A stretch of 64,000 bases of DNA, taken from NCBI GenBank assembly GCA_003221695.1, contig QHSX01000064.1, positions 9,048 through 73,047 on the forward strand. The letters are read 5' to 3'. Positions 1 through 9,774 of this stretch are shown here, in pieces. Numbering within the stretch: position 1 is the first letter of the stretch; the number at the start of each line of letters is the position of its first letter. A program made the position numbers and the translations under genes. Source of the stretch: Candidatus Rokuibacteriota bacterium. GTDB lineage: Bacteria; Methylomirabilota; Methylomirabilia; Rokubacteriales; CSP1-6. The notes beneath the pieces were generated by a model. The model searched no databases. It had not been told where the DNA came from and saw only the letters and a list, made by a program, of their open reading frames with translations.

Positions 1-777
1 GAGGTCGATGACGCTCACCGTGTCCACGTGGCCGTCGGAGGCACCACCGTTGCCGTTGTCGGCGGTGAGGGCCAGCGTGCCGTTCGGCGTGATGTCGATG
101 TTGTACGGCCAGAGCCCTGCGGGCATGTCGTACTTCGAGTAGGTGACCTTCTGGCCGTTGATCTCGAGCATCGCGACCTTGTGACCGGGGAACTTGACCG
201 CGAACGCACGCCGGCCATCGGGCGCGATCGCGACGGCCGCGACCATCTCGCCGATCGCCACCGAGTCGATCAGCTTCACCTCTTTGCCATGGATCGAGAG
301 CACGCTGATCGAGTTGTCGGCGCGGTTCGTGACCAGCGCCAGGTCGCCCGCGTGGTTGATGGCGAGGCCCGAGGGCTGCTTGCCGACCTCCACGGTCGCG
401 ATGTGCGCGGGCGGGCTCGTGGTCAGGTCGATGACGTAGAGCTTGGTGTCGGGCGTGGGCTTCCAGGCGCCGCCGTCCTGCGTCCACGCCATCGAGTTGG
501 CGACGAGCGCCAGCGTGCCGTCGGGGGTGATCTGGAGGTTGGTCGGCGGGCCGAAGACGGAGTTCAACAGCGGGAGGGTCACGAGGATCCGCGGCGCCTC
601 GCGGCTCGAGATGTCCACGATCGACACGGTGTCCTTCCCGGGCGGGAGGAACACGGGCTTGCCCGCGTCATCCCAGGTCACCTTCTCGTCGCTGCCGACG
701 AGCATGAGCTGCGCGGGCGCCGCCCGGGGAGCCAGCGCGAGCACCGCGACGAGCAGGAGCGTCAGCTTGAAGCGCAT
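1..777 (-). CDS. YncE/YVTN-like beta-propeller protein, secreted (runs off the window start)
   Basis: Not in the ORF track. Manual translation gives MRFKLTLLVAVLALAPRAAPAQ... with repeated blades (VEVGKQPSGLAIN, PYNIDITPNG); GGAGGA RBS upstream. Confidence 0.75.
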   Translation of the reverse strand, partial: MRFKLTLLLVAVLALAPRAAPAQLMLVGSDEKVTWDDAGKPVFLPPGKDTVSIVDISSREAPRILVTLPLLNSVFGPPTNLQITPDGTLALVANSMAWTQDGGAWKPTPDTKLYVIDLTTSPPAHIATVEVGKQPSGLAINHAGDLALVTNRADNSISVLSIHGKEVKLIDSVAIGEMVAAVAIAPDGRRAFAVKFPGHKVAMLEINGQKVTYSKYDMPAGLWPYNIDITPNGTLALTADNGNGGASDGHVDTVSVIDL

Positions 778-937
778 GTGGTCCTCCGACTCCGTGGGTT
801 GACGTTTCGCCGCTCCACCCTGAGCGGTCACGCATCGGCGATGCTAAGAGCGGCGGGCGCCGGCGTCAACCCTGATAGAATCCTCGGAAGGTGATGGACC
901 TCTCCGAGCCCTTCCCGGGCGCGCGCAGGCGCTAGCG

Positions 938-1720
938 GTGCGCGTCGTCATCGACCGGGTCTCGAAGACGTACGCCGACCGCCGGGGCCAGGCCATCGAG
1001 GCGCTCCGGGACGTGAGTCTCACCGTCGAATCGGAGGAGTTCGTCGCGCTCGTCGGCCCCTCGGGCTGCGGCAAGTCCACGCTCCTTAACGTCGTCGCCG
1101 GGCTCACGCGACCGAGCGCGGGCGCGGTCGAGCTCGAGGGCGACTTCGCGCCGGGCCGGTCGGCGACGGCGATGGTCTTTCAGGAGTCGGCCCTGTTCCC
1201 CTGGCGCACCGTGCAGGCGAACGTCGAGTTCGGCCTCGAGGAGCTCGGCGTGGCGCCGGCCGAGCGCGTCCGCCGCGCGCGCGAGCACCTCGCGCTCACC
1301 GGTCTCGCCGGCTTCGAGACGAGGTACCCGCATCAGCTCTCGGGGGGCATGCGCCAGCGGGTCGGCATCGCTCGGGCTCTCGCCGTGGATCCCGCCGTGC
1401 TCCTCATGGACGAGCCCTTCTCGGCGCTCGACGCCCAGACCCGGCGGCTCCTGCAGGAGGAGCTCCTCACGATCCGGGAGCGGACGCGGAAGACGATCGT
1501 CTACGTCACGCACACCATCCAGGAGGCGGTCTGGCTGGCCGATCGAGTCGTGGTTCTGTCCCGCCGCCCGGGGCGCGTGCTGGCGACCGTGCCGATCCCG
1601 CTCGGGCGGCCGCGGACGGAGGCGCAGCTCGTCGAGCCCGGCTTCGTGGGCGCCGTCGAGCGGCTCTGGTCGCTGATCAAGGCGGAGGCGCTCGGCGCCC
1701 TGCGCGAGGCGCCAGCGTGA
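938..1720 (+). CDS. NitT/TauT-family ABC transporter ATP-binding protein
   Basis: Walker A GPSGCGKS, LSGGMRQR, DEPFSALD. Confidence 0.92.
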   Translation: MRVVIDRVSKTYADRRGQAIEALRDVSLTVESEEFVALVGPSGCGKSTLLNVVAGLTRPSAGAVELEGDFAPGRSATAMVFQESALFPWRTVQANVEFGLEELGVAPAERVRRAREHLALTGLAGFETRYPHQLSGGMRQRVGIARALAVDPAVLLMDEPFSALDAQTRRLLQEELLTIRERTRKTIVYVTHTIQEAVWLADRVVVLSRRPGRVLATVPIPLGRPRTEAQLVEPGFVGAVERLWSLIKAEALGALREAPA

Positions 1721-2508
1721 GCGTGCGCGTCCCGGTACCCGATCGCACGCGCGTCCTCGAGCGTCGCGAGCACCCGGTCGTGCGTGTCCTGGCGCTCGCG
1801 GGGCTCCTCGTCCTGTGGGAGCTCGTGACACGGACGGGCCGGGTGCCTTCCCTGTTCCTCCCGTCGCCGCTCGACGTGATCCAGAGCGGCGTGGAGATGC
1901 TGCGCTCGGGCGAGCTCGTCACGGACGTCCTGACGAGCCTCCGGCGCGTCGTCCTCGGCGTGGGCCTGGGCGCGCTGGGCGGCGTGTCGGTCGGCCTCGC
2001 GATCGGCATCTCCCGCCTCGCCGAGGCCGTCGGCAACCCGTTGATCGCGGCGACGTTTCCGATTCCGAAGATCGCGCTCCTCCCGTTGCTCATCCTCTGG
2101 CTCGGAATCGGCGAGGCATCGAAGGTCGCGGTGATCACGCTGGGCGTCTTCTTCCCGATGGCGATCAACACCTACGCGGGGGTCCGGAGCGCGGATCCGC
2201 TCCTGATCCGCGCGGCGGTGAGCTTCGGCGCCGGGCGGTGGAGCCTGATCCGCAAGGTCCTGCTGCCGTCGGCGCTCCCCATGATCTTCGCGGGGCTCAA
2301 GCTCGGGGCGGGCACGTCGCTCCTGCTGCTCGTCGCTGCCGAGATGATCGCGGCGAATGCGGGGATCGGCTTCCTGGTGCTCCACGCGCAGAACCTCATG
2401 GAGACGACGAAGCTGATGGTGGGCATCGTGCTCCTGTCGGTCCTCGGCGTCCTCACCCACTGGCTCCTCGTCCGGTGTGAGCGGGCGGCGATACCGTGGA
2501 CGACATGA
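1717..2508 (+). CDS. NitT/TauT-family ABC permease
   Basis: Hydrophobic; PIPKIALLPL and VAAEM motifs; overlaps ATPase stop. Confidence 0.9.
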   Translation: MSVRVPVPDRTRVLERREHPVVRVLALAGLLVLWELVTRTGRVPSLFLPSPLDVIQSGVEMLRSGELVTDVLTSLRRVVLGVGLGALGGVSVGLAIGISRLAEAVGNPLIAATFPIPKIALLPLLILWLGIGEASKVAVITLGVFFPMAINTYAGVRSADPLLIRAAVSFGAGRWSLIRKVLLPSALPMIFAGLKLGAGTSLLLLVAAEMIAANAGIGFLVLHAQNLMETTKLMVGIVLLSVLGVLTHWLLVRCERAAIPWTT

Positions 2509-3515
2509 GGCTCTTCGCGCGAGGGATCGCGGCGCTGGCGCTGGCGGCGTGTGCCCTGGGCGGCGCCGGCGAGGTCCCCGGGCAGGGCGCGAAGGTGCGG
2601 CTCGGCGTGCTCAAGCTCACGTCGTCCGCCGTCCTGTTCCTGGGCGCGGAGAAGGGCTACTTCAGGGAGTTCGGCGTCGAGCCCGAGCTCGTCTTTTTCG
2701 ACGCGGCCCAGCCGATCGCGGTCGCGATCGCCTCGGGCGACCTCGACGTGGGCGCGACCGGACTCACGGCCGGCCTCTACAACATCGTTGCCGGTGGCGT
2801 GAAGATCTGGATCGTCGCCGACAAAGGTCGCGAGTGGCCCGATCACAACCTGACCGCGCTCCTCGTGCGCAGGGACCTGTACGACGCCGGTGCGCGCACG
2901 CTCCGCGATCTCAAGGGACGCACGATCGGCGTCACGCAGATCGGTTCCACGTTCCACTACAACGTCGGCCGCCTCCTCGAGCGCGAGGGCATGGCGCCGG
3001 GCGACGTCGAGATCGTCCCGTTGCAGTCGCTCGGCGCCGTGGCCGACGCGCTCCAGGCCAAGCGCCTGGACGCCGCCGCGACGGCCGAGCCCTTCGTGTC
3101 CCGGCTCGAGTCGAGCGGCGCCGGCGTGACGATCATCCGCACCGGCGACTCTCTGCCGTGGCAGATCGCCGCGATGCTCTACTCGGACACGTTTGCCCGC
3201 GACCGGAGGCGTGCCGTCGCCTTCATGAGGGGCTACGTCAAATCGTCCCGCCATTACTTCGACGCCGTGCTCCGGAAGAAGTCGGGCCCCGAGTTCGACG
3301 AGGTCGTCGCGATCACCGCGACGTACACCGGCGCCCGCCCGGAGCTCATCCGTCGGGGGTTCCCCTATCAGGATCGCGACGGCCGGCTGATGCCCGGCGA
3401 CATCGGGCGCCAGACCGCGTGGTGGTACGCGCGGGGCCTCGTCAAGGCGCCGATCGCGGCCACGGGCATCGTCGACGAGAGCTTCCTGCGCGAGGCCCTC
3501 GAGGGGCTCAAGTGA
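2505..3515 (+). CDS. NitT/TauT (SsuA/THI5-like) substrate-binding protein
   Basis: Signal peptide, EKGYFREFG and DLKGRTIG motifs; operon context. Confidence 0.88.
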   Translation: MRLFARGIAALALAACALGGAGEVPGQGAKVRLGVLKLTSSAVLFLGAEKGYFREFGVEPELVFFDAAQPIAVAIASGDLDVGATGLTAGLYNIVAGGVKIWIVADKGREWPDHNLTALLVRRDLYDAGARTLRDLKGRTIGVTQIGSTFHYNVGRLLEREGMAPGDVEIVPLQSLGAVADALQAKRLDAAATAEPFVSRLESSGAGVTIIRTGDSLPWQIAAMLYSDTFARDRRRAVAFMRGYVKSSRHYFDAVLRKKSGPEFDEVVAITATYTGARPELIRRGFPYQDRDGRLMPGDIGRQTAWWYARGLVKAPIAATGIVDESFLREALEGLK

Positions 3516-3573
3516 CCACGCGTCGGTTATCATGGAGGCCCTCGTGTTCGGGACGCGCGCGGGGGCCGACAGA

Positions 3574-5097
3574 ATGAAGAGCGGCGGACGGACCACAGCC
3601 CGCCGGATCGCGAAGGTCCTGGTCGCGAACCGCGGCGAGATCGCCGTGCGCGTGATCCGCGCGTGTCGCGAGCTCGGCATCGTGCCCGTCGCGGTCTTCT
3701 CCGAGGTGGACCGCGCGGCGCTCCATGTCCTCTCGGCCGACGAGGCGTACCCGATCGGCCCGGCGCCCGCGGCCGAGAGCTACCTGAACGTCGACCGGCT
3801 CGTGGGTGTGGCGAAGGCCGCCGGCGTCGACGCGGTCCATCCCGGCTACGGGTTCCTCGCCGAGAACGCCGCCTTCGCCGAGGCGTGCGAGGCCGCCGGG
3901 CTCGTCTTCGTCGGTCCACCGCCGTCGGCCATCCGCACGATGGGTGACAAGAGCGCGGCCCGCCGGATGGCGCGCGAGCTCGGCGTGCCGATGGTCCCGG
4001 GCAGCCTCGCGCCCGTCGCCGACGACGCCGCGGCGCGGGCCGCCGACGAGATCGGCTACCCGCTGATGGTCAAAGCGACGATGGGCGGCGGTGGCAAGGG
4101 CATGCGCCTCGTCCGCCAGGCGACCGAGCTCGACGGAGCGCTGCGGGCGGCGCGGAGCGAGGCGGCTGGCGCGTTCGGCGACGGTGCGGTCTACCTGGAG
4201 CGCTACGTCGAAGAGGCGCGCCACATCGAGATCCAGGTGCTCGCCGATGCCCACGGTCAGGTGATCCATCTCGGGGAGCGCGAGTGCTCGATCCAGCGGC
4301 GCCATCAGAAGCTCGTCGAGGAGTGTCCGTCGCCTTTCGTGGACGCGGCCATGCGGGAGCGCATGGGGCAGGCCGCGTGCCGGATCGCGAAGACCGCGGG
4401 CTACGTCAGCGCGGGCACCGTCGAGTTCCTCGTGGACGCGACGCGAAACTTCTACTTCCTCGAGATGAACACACGCCTTCAAGTCGAGCATCCCGTGACG
4501 GAGCTGGTGACGTCCATCGATCTCGTGCGTGAGCAGCTCCGGATCGCGGCCGGCGAGCCGCTCGACCGCACGCAGGACGACGTGGAGTGGCGCGGCGCCG
4601 CGCTCGAGTGCCGGATCAACGCCGAAGACCCGTTCGGTGGCTGGCTTCCGTCGCCGGGGACGATCACGGCGCTCCGTGGGGCGTCGGGGCCCTGGGTGCG
4701 CGAGGACTCGGGCGTCTACGAAGGCTACACGGTCCCCGGCTCCTATGACACGCTCCTGGCCAAGCTGATCGTCTGGGGCGCCGACCGCTCGGCGGCGATC
4801 GATCGGATGGCGCGCGCGCTCGCCGAGTACAAGGTGGTGGGCGTCCGGACGACGATTCCGGTGCTCGCCCGCATCGTCGCGCACGCGGATTTCCGCGCGG
4901 GACGACTGTCCACCCGCTTGCTCGAGCGGATCATGGCCGGCGAGGTCCCGGCACGCGGCCGCCTGCGCCCTGTCGCCCTCGTCGCCGCTGTCCTTGCCGA
5001 GTATGAGCGCCTTGGTCGCCGCCCGCTGACGGCGTCGGCGCCCGCGACCGCCGACATGTCGCGGTGGAGCCGTCGCCCCGGCTGGAGATCGCGATGA
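3574..5097 (+). CDS. accC: Biotin carboxylase subunit of an acyl-CoA carboxylase (AccC/PccA-like)
   Basis: ANRGEIA, HPGYGFLAEN, GGGGKGMR, FLEMNTRLQVEHPVTE. Confidence 0.88.
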   Translation: MKSGGRTTARRIAKVLVANRGEIAVRVIRACRELGIVPVAVFSEVDRAALHVLSADEAYPIGPAPAAESYLNVDRLVGVAKAAGVDAVHPGYGFLAENAAFAEACEAAGLVFVGPPPSAIRTMGDKSAARRMARELGVPMVPGSLAPVADDAAARAADEIGYPLMVKATMGGGGKGMRLVRQATELDGALRAARSEAAGAFGDGAVYLERYVEEARHIEIQVLADAHGQVIHLGERECSIQRRHQKLVEECPSPFVDAAMRERMGQAACRIAKTAGYVSAGTVEFLVDATRNFYFLEMNTRLQVEHPVTELVTSIDLVREQLRIAAGEPLDRTQDDVEWRGAALECRINAEDPFGGWLPSPGTITALRGASGPWVREDSGVYEGYTVPGSYDTLLAKLIVWGADRSAAIDRMARALAEYKVVGVRTTIPVLARIVAHADFRAGRLSTRLLERIMAGEVPARGRLRPVALVAAVLAEYERLGRRPLTASAPATADMSRWSRRPGWRSR

Positions 5098-5274
5098 GCG
5101 CGAAGGAACCGCGGCCGGCGTCTGGAACGCGGAGCGGCATGCGGAACGGCGCCGGGTCGCGCCTGTGTCAGGCCACCCACGGAGTATGACGGTCCCGGGG
5201 ACCCGCAACTTGATCATAGGCTCGCCTCGGACGGCGGGGCCCCAGCCCCGCGACGTCCTGCGGCTCGCACTGAC

Positions 5275-5778
5275 ATGAAGTTCGTCGCGACGATCGGCGA
5301 CCGCGCCGAGACGGTCGAGGTGACCGGCACGGCCGGACGCTATCGGCTGACGATCGGGAGCGAGGTTCGCGAGGTCGACGCGCGGCTCGTCGGGCCCGGC
5401 ATATACTCGCTGCTGATCGACGGGGTCTCGTACGTCGCCGACGTCACCGAGCGCGACGGGGAGTGCGTCGTCGGCGTCGCCGACGAGACGTACGTGATCC
5501 GGGTCGAGGAGGAGGCCCGTTACGCCATTCGGACCAAGGGCGGTGCGTCGGCGGGCGGCGGATCCCAAACACTGACGGCGCCCCTGCCGGGGAAGATCAC
5601 CCACGTCGCGGTCAAGGCGGGTGACATCGTCGCGCTCGGCGACACGCTCCTCGTGATCGAGGCCATGAAGATGGAGAACGAACTCCGGGCCGGGGCCCCC
5701 GGGACGGTTGCGGAGGTGCGGGTCCGGCTCGGCCAGGCGGTGAACGCCGGCGACGTCCTCGTGGTGATCACCGGATGA
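5275..5778 (+). CDS. Biotin carboxyl carrier protein
   Basis: EAMKMEN biotinylation motif. Confidence 0.9.
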   Translation: MKFVATIGDRAETVEVTGTAGRYRLTIGSEVREVDARLVGPGIYSLLIDGVSYVADVTERDGECVVGVADETYVIRVEEEARYAIRTKGGASAGGGSQTLTAPLPGKITHVAVKAGDIVALGDTLLVIEAMKMENELRAGAPGTVAEVRVRLGQAVNAGDVLVVITG

Positions 5779-6515
5779 CCGACGCGGTGATCGAGTTCAA
5801 GTCCGTCAACAAGTGGTTCGGAAAGATGCATGTCCTCCGCGACATCACCCTGGCCGTGGAGGCGGGCGAGGTCGTCGTCGTGTGCGGCCCGTCGGGCTCG
5901 GGCAAGAGCACCCTCATCCGCTGCGTGAACGCGCTCGAGCCCGTCCAGGGCGGCGAGCTCGTCGTGCTCGGCGAGTCGCTCACGCGGCCCGGCGTCAGCC
6001 TCTCGGCGCTGCGCACGCGCGTCGGCATGGTCTTCCAGTCGTTCAACCTCTTCCCGCACATGACCGTGCTCGAGAACATCATGCTCGCGCCCGTCAAGGT
6101 GCGCGGCCTCAGCGGGGCCGACGCGTTGCGCACGGCGCGCGCGCTCCTGGAGCGGGTCCGCATCCCGGACAAGGCGGAGTACTACCCCGCGAACCTCTCG
6201 GGAGGCCAGCAGCAGCGCGTCGCGATCGCGCGCGCGCTGGCGATGCAGCCGAAGATCATGCTGTTCGACGAGCCCACCTCCGCGCTCGACCCGGAGATGA
6301 TCAACGAAGTCCTGGACGTCATGACCGACCTCGCGAAGGACGGCATGACGATGATGGTGGTCACGCACGAGATGGGCTTCGCGCGGCGGGTGGCCCACCG
6401 CGTCGTCTTCATGGACGCCGGCCAGGTGGTCGAGGAGGCCCCGCCCGAGCAGTTCTTCGCCGCCGCGAGGTCGGAGCGTGCCCGGGAGTTCCTGTCGAAA
6501 ATCCTCACCCACTAA
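5775..6515 (+). CDS. Polar amino acid ABC transporter ATP-binding protein
   Basis: GPSGSGKS, LSGGQQQR, FDEPTSALDPE. Confidence 0.93.
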   Translation: MTDAVIEFKSVNKWFGKMHVLRDITLAVEAGEVVVVCGPSGSGKSTLIRCVNALEPVQGGELVVLGESLTRPGVSLSALRTRVGMVFQSFNLFPHMTVLENIMLAPVKVRGLSGADALRTARALLERVRIPDKAEYYPANLSGGQQQRVAIARALAMQPKIMLFDEPTSALDPEMINEVLDVMTDLAKDGMTMMVVTHEMGFARRVAHRVVFMDAGQVVEEAPPEQFFAAARSERAREFLSKILTH

Positions 6516-6528
6516 GCGGAGGGTCACG

Positions 6529-7389
6529 ATGAGACGAGTGCTGACGGTCCTCTCCACCCTCGGGCTCGCGCTGTCGGTCGCGGCGCCCGCGCTCGCGCAG
6601 CAGTCCACCCTGGAGAAGATCAACCAGACGGGCGTGCTGACGATCGGGACGCGCACGGCGTCGCCGCCGTTCGCGTTCGTCGACAAGCAGAACGAGTGGG
6701 TCGGCTTCTCGATCGACCTGGTCGAGCAGGCCGTCAAGCCGGTGATCGAGCGGAAGCTCGGCAAGCCCATCCGGGTCGAGAAGAAGGAGTCGACGCCGCC
6801 GACCCGCATCCCGTTGCTGACGTCGAACGCGGTGGACCTGATCGCGGGCACGATGACGGACACCCGCGCGCGCCGCGAGTCGGTGGACTTCAGCCTGACG
6901 TTCTTCGTCACCGGCGCGCAGTTCCTCGTGAAGCGAAACAGCCCGATCAAGGGGATCGACTCGATCGCGGGCAAGCGCGTCGCCGCCCAGCAGGGGTCGA
7001 CGAACGCCAAGATCATCCGCGAGCGGATGCCGACGGCGCGGCTGCAAGAATTCCCCGACCAGCCGGCGGCGTTCCAGGCGCTCGCGCAGGGGCAGGTGGA
7101 CGCCTACACGAACGACGGCATCCAGCTCTACGGACTCAGGGCCAAGGCGCCGAAGCCGGGGGACTGGAAGGTCGTGGGCGACTTCTTCTCCTACGAGCCG
7201 TACGGCATGGCGATGCGGAAGAACGACTCCGACTTCCGTCACGTGGTCAACGTGGGCCTCATGGAGGCGATCGAGTCGGGCAAGTACTTCGAGCTCTACG
7301 ACAAGTGGTTCGGGCCGAAGGGCGAGACCCCCTATCCGCTGACGCCGGAGAACAAACGCTTCCTGATCATGCAGGTGGTGCCGAAGTAG
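6529..7389 (+). CDS. Polar amino acid ABC substrate-binding protein (GltI-like)
   Basis: Signal peptide, GFSIDL, RRESVDFS, EPYGMAMRK. Confidence 0.88.
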   Translation: MRRVLTVLSTLGLALSVAAPALAQQSTLEKINQTGVLTIGTRTASPPFAFVDKQNEWVGFSIDLVEQAVKPVIERKLGKPIRVEKKESTPPTRIPLLTSNAVDLIAGTMTDTRARRESVDFSLTFFVTGAQFLVKRNSPIKGIDSIAGKRVAAQQGSTNAKIIRERMPTARLQEFPDQPAAFQALAQGQVDAYTNDGIQLYGLRAKAPKPGDWKVVGDFFSYEPYGMAMRKNDSDFRHVVNVGLMEAIESGKYFELYDKWFGPKGETPYPLTPENKRFLIMQVVPK

Positions 7390-7401
7390 GCCGGACGCTC
7401 G

Positions 7402-8115
7402 TTGCGATACGAGTTTCGCTGGGAGGTGCTCTGGAGCGGCCAGTCGGGAGCCTGGCTGCTCCAGGGCCTCCTGACGACGCTGGCGATCTCGAGCCTCGCC
7501 TGGCTCCTCGCCGCAGGACTCGGGATCCTGTCGGGCGCCCTCCGCACCGTGCCGTGGAAGCCGCTGCGCGCCGTCGCGACGTTCTACGTCGAGTTCTTCC
7601 GCAACGTCCCGCTGCTCGTCTGGATGTTCTTCTGGTACTTCGGAGTCCCGCCCCTTCTGCCGCAGGTGGCCCGAGAGTGGCTGTTCGATCACGGGGCCGA
7701 GTTCTGGGCCGGGATGTTTGCGCTCGGCGTCTACCACGGCGCCCGCATGTCGGAGGTCATCCGCTCGGGCATTCAGTCGATCCCGAAGACTCAGTTCGAG
7801 GCCGCCGTGGCGATGGGGCTCACGACGTTTCAGGCGTACCGGCTCGTCATCGTGCCGATCGCGCTCCGGCTCATCGTGCCGCCCGCAACGAGCGAGTCGC
7901 TGAACCTGCTCAAGAACTCGTCGGTCGCGCTCACGATCAGCGTGGCGGAGCTGACCTTCCAGACCCGCCAGATCGAGACCTACACGGCGCGGGCCATCGA
8001 GGCGCTCACCGCGGGCACCGTCGTCTACCTCGCGCTCTGCGTTGGAATCGCGACGATCATGGCCCGCGTGGAGCGTCGCTTCGCGATCCCCGGCCTCATC
8101 GCGCGGGGCGGTTAG
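7402..8115 (+). CDS. Polar amino acid ABC permease
   Basis: YVEFFRNVPLLV, KNSS. Confidence 0.9.
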   Translation: MRYEFRWEVLWSGQSGAWLLQGLLTTLAISSLAWLLAAGLGILSGALRTVPWKPLRAVATFYVEFFRNVPLLVWMFFWYFGVPPLLPQVAREWLFDHGAEFWAGMFALGVYHGARMSEVIRSGIQSIPKTQFEAAVAMGLTTFQAYRLVIVPIALRLIVPPATSESLNLLKNSSVALTISVAELTFQTRQIETYTARAIEALTAGTVVYLALCVGIATIMARVERRFAIPGLIARGG

Positions 8116-8118
8116 CCG

Positions 8119-8790
8119 GTGCTCGACCTCTCGGTCATCGTCAACAACTTCACCTTCCTCGTGGTCCAGGGGCTCCTGGGCCTCGGCGGCTTCACCGGCG
8201 GCACACTGCGCCTCGCGATCCCCGCGATCGCCCTCGGCTTCGTCCTTGGCATCTTCATCGGGATCGCGCGGCTCGCGCGCGCCTGGTGGATCAGCCTGCC
8301 GGCGACGCTCTACGTCGAGTTCTTCCGCGGCGTGCCGCTCGTCATGGTGATCTTCTGGATCTGGTTCATCATTCCGCAGCTCCTCCGGCTCCCCATCCCC
8401 GAGTACGGTGTCGCGCTCACGGCCTTCGTCGTCTTCGAGGCGGCGTACTTCGGCGAGATCGTGCGGGCGGGCATCCAGTCGGTCCCGCGCGGCCAGGTCG
8501 AGGCCGCGACGGCGCTCGGCCTGACGGCCGTGCAGTCGATGCGGTTCGTCGTGCTGCCGCAGGCGGTCCGCAACATGGTGCCGTCGCTGGTGACGCAGAT
8601 GATCGTGCTCTTCAAGGACACCTCGCTCGCCTCGATCATCGGCTACGTGGACCTCACCAAGGCGGCGCAGATCGTCAACAACCGCGAGATCCGCCCGTTC
8701 GAGCTCTACCTCTTCATCGCGGTCGTCTACTTCGCCTTCACCTACTCCATGTCCCGGATCGCGTCGCGCTTCGAGCGCCGGCTCGCCTGA
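8119..8790 (+). CDS. Polar amino acid ABC permease
   Basis: YVEFFRGVPL, GQVEAA, FKDTSL. Confidence 0.9.
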   Translation: MLDLSVIVNNFTFLVVQGLLGLGGFTGGTLRLAIPAIALGFVLGIFIGIARLARAWWISLPATLYVEFFRGVPLVMVIFWIWFIIPQLLRLPIPEYGVALTAFVVFEAAYFGEIVRAGIQSVPRGQVEAATALGLTAVQSMRFVVLPQAVRNMVPSLVTQMIVLFKDTSLASIIGYVDLTKAAQIVNNREIRPFELYLFIAVVYFAFTYSMSRIASRFERRLA

Positions 8791-8808
8791 CGGGCGCGCG
8801 GCGGGCCC

Positions 8809-9618
8809 GTGCTCGAGGTCCTCCTCAAGACGCTCGTCGCGCTGGGCCTCCTCGCGGTCGGCGCGGCCTACGCCCGCGGCTGGCGTCGGCTGCGCGCCGC
8901 CCGCGACGCCGCACCGCGCTGGCGGCTCGCGCTCTACGCGGCGGGCCTCGCCACGATCGCCGTGGCGCTCCTCTCCCCCCTCGACGCGCTCGCGGCCGAG
9001 CGCTTCTCGGCCCACATGGGCCAGCACCTGCTGTTGACGATGGTCGCGGCGCCGCTCGTGGTCCTCGGCAACCCGCTGCCGTTCGTCCTGTGGGGCGCGC
9101 CGGCCGGCGCCAGGCGCGCGCTCGGGACGACGCTGCGCCGCCGCGCCCCGCTCCGAACGGCGCTGTCGGCGCTCACCTTCCTGCCCGTGGCCGGCATCCT
9201 CCATGTCACCGGCGTCTGGGTCTGGCACCTGCCGTTCATGTACGACGCCGCGGCCGAGCAGGAGCTGGTGCACGCCGTCGAGCACGCGACGTTCTTTGGG
9301 ACGGCGATCCTCTTCTGGTGGCCGATCGTCCAGCCGGCGCCGCGGCTGCGCCCGCCGCCCCACCCCGGCTTCCAGATCCTGTACCTCCTGCTCGCCACCG
9401 CGCAGAACACGGCGCTGGGCATGCTGCTCGCCGTCCCCGAGCGCCCGTACTACCCGTACTACGTGCGGAGGGCGGCGGCGCTCGGCATCAGCGCGGTGGA
9501 CGATCAACTGCTCGGGGCCGGCCTCATGTGGAGCGGGGGGCACATGTACCTGCTCCCCATTCTCATGATCCTCTGGGGCCTCGCGCGCGACGCCGTCCGG
9601 GAGGAGGCCGGCGCGTAG
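8809..9618 (+). CDS. Cytochrome c oxidase caa3 assembly factor (CtaG-like)
   Basis: FSAHMGQHLLL, WVWHLP, DQLLGAGLMW. Confidence 0.82.
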   Translation: MLEVLLKTLVALGLLAVGAAYARGWRRLRAARDAAPRWRLALYAAGLATIAVALLSPLDALAAERFSAHMGQHLLLTMVAAPLVVLGNPLPFVLWGAPAGARRALGTTLRRRAPLRTALSALTFLPVAGILHVTGVWVWHLPFMYDAAAEQELVHAVEHATFFGTAILFWWPIVQPAPRLRPPPHPGFQILYLLLATAQNTALGMLLAVPERPYYPYYVRRAAALGISAVDDQLLGAGLMWSGGHMYLLPILMILWGLARDAVREEAGA

Positions 9619-9658
9619 GGCGGGTCCGGAGCCGTTCCATGGGCCCGCTCGCCACACG

Positions 9659-9701
9659 GCGTGACAGTCCCTTGACAGTCACGCGTGGCGTCGTCTAGAG
9701 T
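9659..9701 (+). promoter_or_regulatory. Sigma70-like promoter overlapped by a palindrome, upstream of the symporter
   Basis: TTGACA 9672-9677, 18 nt, TAGAGT 9696-9701; inverted repeat GCGTGAC/GTCACGC 9659-9684; TGACAGTC occurs twice. Confidence 0.5.
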
Positions 9702-9774
9702 CCCGCGTGTCTCGCGGTCCGGGAGCCCGTCCTGGGCAACCCGCCTCCTGTGCGTGCAGTCAGGGGAGGGCACA

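Noticed and set aside
28-894. 288-aa plus-strand ORF
   Set aside because: Antisense shadow of the minus-strand beta-propeller gene.
6505-9698. Very long overlapping ORFs (1050 aa minus, 1000 aa plus) and similar ORFs elsewhere
   Set aside because: Shadow frames of high-GC genes; Arg/Pro/Gly-rich with no recognisable motifs.
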